DNA of 64,000 nt from Octopus sinensis. Taxonomy: Eukaryota. A program made the translations under genes and the position numbers. The notes beneath the pieces were generated by a model. The model searched no databases. It was not told the origin of the DNA and worked only from the letters and a program-made list of their open reading frames with translations. Within the stretch, counting starts at the first letter, position 1. Each line of letters starts with the position of its first letter. Shown in pieces: positions 55,176 through 64,000 of the stretch. The stretch covers positions 116,436,001 through 116,500,000 of the forward strand of contig NC_043000.1 in NCBI RefSeq assembly GCF_006345805.1. Direction: 5' to 3'.

Positions 55176-55178
<3 letters not shown>
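51399..55178 (-). mobile_element. Full-length hAT DNA transposon (about 3.78 kb)
   Basis: TIRs CAGTGGCGTGC / GCACGCCCCTG (10 of 11 match), flanked by atatatat on both sides, internal transposase. Confidence 0.85.
52352..54489 (-). pseudogene. hAT transposase (ZMYM1-like / DUF4371 type), frameshifted
   Basis: TTF-type N-terminus (WL...LFCWPCLLF), LSFRGH, ILVDETSD, QTYDGA, FIHCCAHILNL, dimerisation motif TIPSTTASVERSFSAL. Confidence 0.9.
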
Positions 55179-55223
<45 letters not shown>

Positions 55224-55255
55224 TGTGTGTGTGTGTGTGTGGTGTGTGTGTATAC

Positions 55256-55349
<94 letters not shown>

Positions 55350-56029
55350 GTATATATGTGTGTGTTTGTGTGCCTGTGTTTGTTTCCCCCAAAATCTCTT
55401 GACAATCGATGCTGGTGTGTTTACGTCCCCGTAACTTAACGCTTTGGCGAAAGAGATCGATAGAATAAGTACTACGCTCACAAAGAACAAGTTCTGAGAT
55501 CGATTGTGTTCGACTAAAGGTGATGCTCCAGCATGGCCGCTGTCAAATGACTGAAACAAGTAAAAGAATAAAAGAATATGTGTGTGCGCGCGGACGCGTA
55601 TGTGTTCATTTGCATACAAGCTGTACGTTACCTACATCTGTACAGCAAGCATTATAGTGACCAGCAAAAGCAACATTATCATGAATTTGGGTTAAGGTAA
55701 TCTTCGTGTACAGCTGTTACATGTATAACAAGAGCAGCTGGAGTAAATTACTTAAACAGACACGATGAAAGAGTCACTCATGTAATCAGCAAAGCTTCAT
55801 AGATGAGTTCGTAAAAAGTAACAATAGTTTTGAGAAGAAAGGCAAACCACTCCCGGACGTCTGACAGATGCATTACATACGAGATGCTTTGTAAACTACG
55901 CCCTGTTATCCAGAAACAAGTTATAGATACACTTGATGCTGCGATATAAGAAAATTGATTGTGTTACACCACTGTGGTAGACGCCTGTATCACCAGCAAC
56001 TTCTCAAGAAAGAGATCATGTTTGCTAAG

Positions 56030-56430
56030 AGTGGCTGCGTGGTAAGTAGCTTGCTTACCAACCACATGGTACCGAGTTCATTCCCACTGCGTGGCACCTT
56101 GGGCAAGTATCTTCTACTATAGCCTCGGGCCGACCAAAGCCTTGTGAGTGGATTTGGTAGACGGAAACTGAAAGAAGTCCATCGTATATATATGTATAAA
56201 TACACATATATATGTATGTTTGTGTGTCTGTGTTTGTCCCCTCCAACATCGCTTGAAACCGACGGTGGTGTGTTTACGTCCCCGTAACCTAGCAGTTTGG
56301 CCAAAGACAACGATAGAATATGTACTAGGCTTACAAAGAATAAGTCCTGAGGTCGATTTGCTCGACTAAAGGCGGTGCTCCAGCATAGCCGCAGTCAAAA
56401 TGACTGAAAAAAGTAAAAGAGTAAAAGAAT
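56030..56430 (+). mobile_element. SINE family B, full length
   Basis: close to the apparent family consensus. Confidence 0.9.
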
Positions 56431-56689
56431 GCTTTGAGCGGGAAAGGTTGTCTTTTGGTAACAGCAAAAGAACACGAGAACCAAAGTGTATCTAAGCCTT
56501 TAGCATTGAGAAATATTGGTTTCGAATTTTGGCACAAGGCCCACAATTTAACACAAGACTCAAGAATGAGCTCATGTTTCTTAAAACTATGTACAATGCT
56601 GTCAGCGGGAAAATTTGTTTTTTGGTAAAAGCAAAAGAACACGAGAACTGGAGTGTATCTAAGCCTTTGGCAATGAGGAATATTGGTTT

Positions 56690-56878
56690 GGAATCTTGGC
56701 ACAAGGCCCACGATTTAGTACCAAGCCCGCAATTTCTCAACTGGTACTTATTTTATCGACTCCGAAAGGATTGAAGTCAATATCGACCTCAGCGGTATTT
56801 GAACTGAGAACTTAAATTCGGACGAAATACTACTAAGATTTTTGTCCGGCGTTAACAATTCTGCTAGCTCACTTCCTT
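56690..56878 (-). mobile_element. SINE family A, diverged
   Basis: ctggtacttattttatcgactccgaaagg. Confidence 0.7.
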
Positions 56879-57167
56879 AAACAATGAGGAATGTTGATAG
56901 ATATTTAAATAAAGACACCAAAAGCAATAAGGTCTGTTATTTTTCAATGAGTCGGGAAGTAAAATATGTATCATGTTTAGCTGGGAATAACTTTTTATTC
57001 CTCGTAGACACCAGCTGTGTGGCAGATAGGAGTGTCTTGTATAAAATAAGGGGAAAGCATAATATGTATTGTGAAGTAATGAGAAGCTTCCATCACTAAT
57101 ATCCAGATTAATGATTCTCATTTGCATCTCTTGGAGTAATTAAACTGAACAATATAACACGTCATTG

Positions 57168-57525
57168 TGGAGGCGCAATGGGCCAGTGGTTAGGGCAGCG
57201 GACTCGCGTTCGTAGGATCGTGGTGTCGATTCCTAGACCGAGCGTTGTGAGCGTTTATTGAGCGAAAACACCTAAAGTTCCACAAGGCACCAGCAGGGAA
57301 TGGTGGCAAAGCCTGCTGTACTCTTTCACCACAACTTTCTCACACTCTTTCTTCCTCTTTCTGTTGTACCTCTATTTCAAAGGGGCCAGCCTTGTCACAC
57401 TCTGTGTCACGCTGAATCTCCCCGAGTGGAGTGCTCAGCCACTTGCACGTTAATTTCACGAGGAGGCTGGTCCGTTGATCGGATCAACTGAAACCCTCGC
57501 CGTTGTAACCGACGGGGTGCCAACA
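57168..57525 (+). mobile_element. tRNA(Arg)-like SINE family C, tail type 2
   Basis: tggaggcgcaatgggccagtggttagggcagcggactcgcg; tail gcacgttaatttcacgaggaggctg...gaaaccctcg. Confidence 0.85.
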
Positions 57526-58691
57526 TAGCACGTTATTTCATAAGAGCCATAGTACACTTAAGTTTTCCAAGAAAAAAACAACAAAATTAATTAATTCCAT
57601 ATCCTTCAAATATATTGGTTAGTGGGGTAGAGAAAATTTGTAAAACTCTCAAGGAATTCTCCCTTTCAATTTCGTGTGTGTGTTTGTTCGTATGTGCATG
57701 TTTGTGTTTCTATGGATGTGCATACGTGTGATTGTGTATGTATCAGGGTAATATTGTGGTGTGTGTACGTTTGTAACAATGTGGCAAAGGGATGGATAAC
57801 TGTGTGTATGCGAATACGCATGTTAAGAGTTTTGCGTGTGTGCGTGCATATGTGCGCGTGTGTGTGTGTGCTTATGAGTTTGGAGTTGAAGTTGTGGGTG
57901 TTTCTATCTCTAACACTATTTGGATATATATGAATTAATCATTGAGAGTAATCCAATTTAATATTTTTAATTTGAATGTCCCATTCCTGTGGCACTGGAA
58001 TTGATATTCCCTAATTATAATAACAATTATAATATATATACATACATATAAGCACAAACATATACACGACGGTATGTATATGTATCCATTCAAACTTGTG
58101 TATGTATACTGGTCTCTATAGATGCCAATAACATCGTTACACTGCTTATTTCGTTTTTCCCCACCCCTCCTTCGTTTCTTTTTTCTCTCTTTCCCTTTCT
58201 TTCGTTCCCCCTCCTTGCTCAGTATATGAGAATTGCTACATAGATGAATTTTAGCTTGCGTGCGAGACGGTTTGCGTAAATATATGTACACATGCTTTTA
58301 TGTGTATATTTAGACTTATATTCATACGTCTGTATATGTATGTATGGCGTTTACGCGCATCCTTTTGTGTATGTTGATATATATATATGTGGATTTTAAT
58401 ATAAATATGTATTGCAGTATTTATAACAGGTTTAATTTCTATGCATTAATTTGCACTGTCTTCATTAACGTCAATAGGTTTTTTCCTCGGATCTTATCAT
58501 TTTTATAATTTTTATAATTTTTTATAAGTTTTTATATATATATATACATATATTTTTGAACTTTTTGTTTATCGCTCGAAGATTGACCGTTTTTTCTAAA
58601 GGGCCAATCAAACAAGTCCATTTCTTTTTAAAGGTGTAGCGTTTGTAAGAGTATAGATTGAATTGATATATCAGTTCTATTCTAGCAAAAA

Positions 58692-58729
58692 CTGTCTGAT
58701 GAACGGCAACGAGAAACTCAGAGTAACAG
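58692..58729 (+). ncRNA. Minimal type I hammerhead motif, intact core
   Basis: CUGU-CUGAUGA-A-CG-gcaa-CG-A-GAAA-CUCAGAG-UA|ACAG. Confidence 0.7.
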
Positions 58730-58971
58730 ATTTTGTTGAATTTTCTGCTGCTTAAAATACATATATATATATACATATATATATATACATATATATATAT
58801 ACATATATATATATACATATATATATATACATATATATACATATATATATACATATATACATATATATATATACATATAAAATATTATTCGAGACAAAAC
58901 CACTATTTTGCAAAACAAACAAGGAAAGACTTAATCAATACATAAATTTTAATAAATAGTCAAAAAAACCG

Positions 58972-59014
58972 CCACTACAATCGTTTCTTGTCTTGATCGA
59001 CAATCTTCAGGTGG
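58972..59014 (-). ncRNA. Minimal type I hammerhead motif, intact core and stems I and II
   Basis: CCAC-CUGAAGA-UUGUC-gaucaa-GACAA-GAAA-CGAUUG-UA|GUGG. Confidence 0.8.
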
Positions 59015-59038
59015 ACTTCCAATAATTCAGTGTCAAAT

Positions 59039-59261
59039 ATATATATACATATATACATATATATATATATACATATATACATATATATATATACATATAT
59101 ATATACATATTATATATACATATATTATATATATACATATATATATACATATATATATATACATATATATTATACATATATATATATACTATATACATAT
59201 ATATACATATATATATATATACATATAATATATATATATATATATACATAAACATATATAC

Positions 59262-59294
<33 letters not shown>

Positions 59295-59584
59295 CATATA
59301 TACATATATATACATATATAATATATACATATAATATAATATACATATATATATTATATATATATACATTATACATATATATATATATACCATATATACA
59401 TATATATTACATATATACATATATATATTATATACATATATATACATTATATATATATACATATATATATATATACATATATACTATATATATATATACA
59501 TACATATATATATATACATATATACATATATATATAATATACATATATACATATATATATATATATACATATAATATACATATA

Positions 59585-59624
<40 letters not shown>

Positions 59625-59825
59625 CATATATATATACATATTATAATATATATATATATATACAATATATATATACATATATTACATATATATATATTAC
59701 ATATATATATATATATACATATTATATACATATATACATATATATATATATACATATATATATATACATATATACATATATTATATATATATACATATAT
59801 ACATATATACATATATATTATATAC

Positions 59826-59856
<31 letters not shown>

Positions 59857-59878
59857 CAACATATATACATATATATAT

Positions 59879-59931
<53 letters not shown>

Positions 59932-59947
59932 ACATATATACATATAT

Positions 59948-59980
<33 letters not shown>

Positions 59981-60025
59981 ATATACATATATACATATAT
60001 ACATATATATACATATATATATATA
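59039..60025. repeat. About 1-kb compound (TA)n/(TACA) microsatellite
   Basis: continuous low-complexity run. Confidence 0.95.
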
Positions 60026-60289
60026 CATGAATTAATTATTGAGAGTAATTGAATTTAATATTTTTAATTTGAACGTCTCATTCCTGTGGCACTGGAATCG
60101 ATATACCCTAATAATAATAATAATAATTTTATACATATATATGTGTGTATATATAGGCATGCATGTGTGTGTGTAGACAGATTGTTCGGGCTAAATTCGA
60201 CAGTTTGCATAAAAAGAAAATAATGCAAAATATGCCATCCAAAATAAGACAAATTAAAATCTCAAAGAATATCAAGTAGAATATCAGTG

Positions 60290-60510
60290 TATTCAAAGTC
60301 ACCGCCCTCACCTTTCACCACGGCCTCAAGGTGACACTAGAACATGGCACATGTGATCCTGACGCTATCCCTGGGAAAATTTTCGAATACTTCATTGATC
60401 TTCCCAAGTAGGTTGGTTTTCGTGTTGGAAGCAGAGTGGTTGGTGTCTTCCCCAATCGCGCCTCTACGCATACTAAGCCATGTGATTACGATCGGGGAAA
60501 TTAAGAGGAT
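60290..60510 (-). pseudogene. Tc1/mariner transposase C-terminal fragment, same family as 34245
   Basis: TNHSASNTKTNLLGKINEVFENFPRDSVRITCAMF*CHLEAVVKGEGGDFEY. Confidence 0.7.
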
Positions 60511-61515
60511 AGAAATTGGGGCTGGTGAATTCGTAGAAATTACACGAAAACTAATTCAGCACGGATTTTTGTCAGTGAATTCGAAGAAATTACACGAAAA
60601 CTAATGCAGCACGGATTTTTGTCAGTGAACAGGTCGCGGTCTTATAGCGACGAAAATATTTTGACAAATTAAACTTAAATGTTGAAGTGAATCGAACGGC
60701 TTTTGTGTGTTTCTTAAATGGCTTACAAACACCTTCCACGCTGCAACTTTTTTTGTTCCAGCACACGATCTCAGATCAAATCACTTGCTATGCAAGTACA
60801 TCTCCGTAATTCTAACTGTTTCCATTGGTATAGCAAGGAGCCTAATCTTACTATCGCACATATGGGCTTCCAGAAGCAAAATTCTCGATCCAGTATTTGA
60901 ACCGCAGCCTCCATCAGCTTCACAATGTTTCTCTGAATTGAGTCTTAGGCTTTGTTCAGAATTCTCACACCCTAAGACCATCACAGTTTTGTAGACGTTG
61001 GTTTTTCATGATACGTGGGACGTCATATGTAGTATAGGGAACCCAGCTTTACCGTGTTCAGAGAATATTGAGCAGCAGTTATTGATGGTCGGGATATTCA
61101 TACCCAGCGTGTAATATGATAGAGATATCCCTCTCCCAATATTCAGATGACTTCTAGTTTTCTTTGCTCATAGTGTTAGAGCTCGATATACTTATCCTTC
61201 TGAAAAGCGTTAATCGAGCACAAAGTGTGATAAGAATATATAAATCACAATAGAGCTAGAAATTATTTTATGTACTTCATCAGCTTACATCCGTTTCTGC
61301 CTTATGGAGATACACAAGCATTCAACTGTGAGTACGTTGCACCATGTAGCGGAAACAGCAGTAAGCTGTGTATGTATGCATTCTTTGAAGTGGTATACTG
61401 ATTTTATATATGAAGGAAAACAAGAGAGGATTTGGTTAAAAAGTATTTATTTAGCGCTTTCGCTCCTTTTAGGTATACAAATTGAATATTGATTTTATGT
61501 AAAATTCACACCTTT

Positions 61516-61546
<31 letters not shown>

Positions 61547-61880
61547 GAGTTAGTTGAAAAAAATCTAGAGTTGAATTTCATTTCTCGGGTTTTCGAAAGA
61601 GAATGTTTTGGTAATGGTTACTTTTAATGTACTTTGTTATTTTAAAACTGTGCGTGTGTGTGTATGCGTATGTTTATTATAGGTACATGCATGCATGTGT
61701 GTAAGCATGTGTGTGTGTATATATATATATAAATATATATATATAGAGAGAGAGAGAAATGGGTAGACAGATAGATGGATGGATGGATAGATAGATAAAT
61801 AGATATGCATACTTATGTATATTTCGTAAATATATTATGTATATCTGTGTTTATGTATGTGTGTGTAAGCATGTATATGC

Positions 61881-61936
<56 letters not shown>

Positions 61937-62644
61937 ATATATACATATATATATCTAATTACGAACACATGCATAGGTCCATACGTTCCTGCACATATAT
62001 ACATGCATACAGTCATTAGTAAACATCAGCTATTACAATATTTATATATTAACAGGGATTCTTATTAAAAGGCAGAGCGCTGCAAATAAATATACTCAAT
62101 CTAATAAAGAGACACTACAAAACGTCCTCGTATGAAATTACACATCAAGAGCGCCAAAAATGAAATATCTGGGAAATAAACTAACAAAATGGCAGTTTAC
62201 GCTAAGTACTTTATCGATTTCATCCTACTGACAATAATGTATCGCCATTACGAAAAGCCGTTTGATCTTTATTCAGCCAAACCCACTTCCCACCCAAAGT
62301 AAACAGGTTAGTAAACTCACCATTTGAACAACACCCAACAGACCATTAGTATGTTATATGTCTTCGTTGTAATTGTGTGTGTGTGTGTGTTTTATATGTC
62401 TACGTCACGGTGGGTTTCCCAATAGGTTTATAAACGATTCATCAAAGGCCGTTCGAATAAAGAAATACACATGCTTTGCAATATATTTCATGCTCGTTGT
62501 CGTTTGTTAGCATCCTCCTCTTCCTGCTCCTCATCCTCCGCCTCGTCCTCCTCCTCCTTCCTATTCATCATATTAATCAACCGCATCATTATATTTGTTT
62601 ATAGTGCTCGGGATATATTTTTATCTGTTGTCGTTAATGTCATT

Positions 62645-62660
62645 TCTACTACTACTACTG

Positions 62661-62695
<35 letters not shown>

Positions 62696-62822
62696 ACTGC
62701 TGCTGCTGCTGCTACTATTACTACTACTGCTGCTGCTACTACTACTACTGCTACTACTACTTCTACTGCTGCTACCACCACTACTACTACCACTACTGGT
62801 ACTACTACTACAACTACTACTT
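62645..62822. repeat. Compound (CTA)n/(CTG)n trinucleotide repeat
   Basis: direct reading. Confidence 0.95.
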
Positions 62823-62944
62823 AGTAATATTGCTGTTAGCGCTTCACAGCCGTTAAAGTGAGTACAATTAGGGCACTGGGGTAAATGTTACTAAACTAGT
62901 CCCCTCCTCCAAAATTTCAGGCTTTGTACTTATACAACAATGGA

Positions 62945-62975
<31 letters not shown>

Positions 62976-63332
62976 TATTATTATTATTATTATTGTGGAA
63001 TTGCGTGGCTTAGTGGTTAGGGTGCTGGATTCATAGTCGTAAAATTGTGCTTTCGAGATCAACAAAAATGTTTTCTTCTTTCTCTCCCTTTCCTTCTTTT
63101 ACTTTAACACACTTTTCAGATACAAAAACACATACACACACGTGCTCTCTCTCACTTTCTCCCCATTCATCACCCTCTTGTACTATCTTATATCTCTCCT
63201 CACCACAACACACTTAATAAAACTATAAAAAGAGTCAAAATTCTTGCAAAAACTTAGTTCAGTTTGAATACTCCTCATTTCTTCTAATATATAATACCTG
63301 TACATCATCTCCCAAACTAGTAATACACACAA

Positions 63333-63775
<443 letters not shown>

Positions 63776-63778
63776 CTA

Positions 63779-63830
<52 letters not shown>

Positions 63831-63870
63831 CATATATAGATATCATATATATACATATATATATATCATC

Positions 63871-63908
<38 letters not shown>

Positions 63909-64000
63909 ATATAGCGTTTTCAAACACAGCGAGTGAGTAAGAGATATCATTTCCCCTAATATATGTGCTTGCTTAAATTATGGCTATTACAAGACTTATA

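Larger units (their letters stand above)
51181..55577 (+). mobile_element. SINE family B split by the hAT insertion (5' half 51181-51345, 3' half about 55350-55577)
   Basis: the two halves are collinear and flank the hAT inside the internal (TA)n. Confidence 0.85.

Noticed and set aside
56438-56716. CRISPR-like repeat-spacer array
   Set aside because: Only two long diverged units in eukaryotic context, with no regular short repeats or cas genes.
60700-61170. Possible ancient RTE RT fragment on the minus strand (VYKTVMVLGCE)
   Set aside because: Too degraded; a single short motif is insufficient.

Overview
AT-rich, microsatellite-saturated eukaryotic non-coding DNA (intronic or intergenic). 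By inference from its SINE/LINE repertoire it is most likely from an octopod cephalopod. I found no convincing host-gene exon, and almost all ORF-track entries are (TA)n/(CA)n/(AAT)n artefacts. The recognisable content is mobile DNA: a near-complete hAT transposon (51399-55178) inserted into a SINE microsatellite, a Penelope-like (PLE) reverse-transcriptase fragment, CR1-group LINE 3' ends, Tc1/mariner fragments, MITEs, non-autonomous Helitrons and about 30 tRNA-derived SINE copies of at least four families. The main unlabelled signal is about 18 minimal type I hammerhead-ribozyme-like motifs (CUGANGA or CCGANGA / stem II / GAAA / short or palindromic stem III / NUH / stem I). They belong to several unrelated short repeat families and often sit in divergent fold-back arrangements typical of Penelope pLTR insertions. 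All folds and alignments were read by eye, element boundaries are approximate, and nothing was computed or searched.
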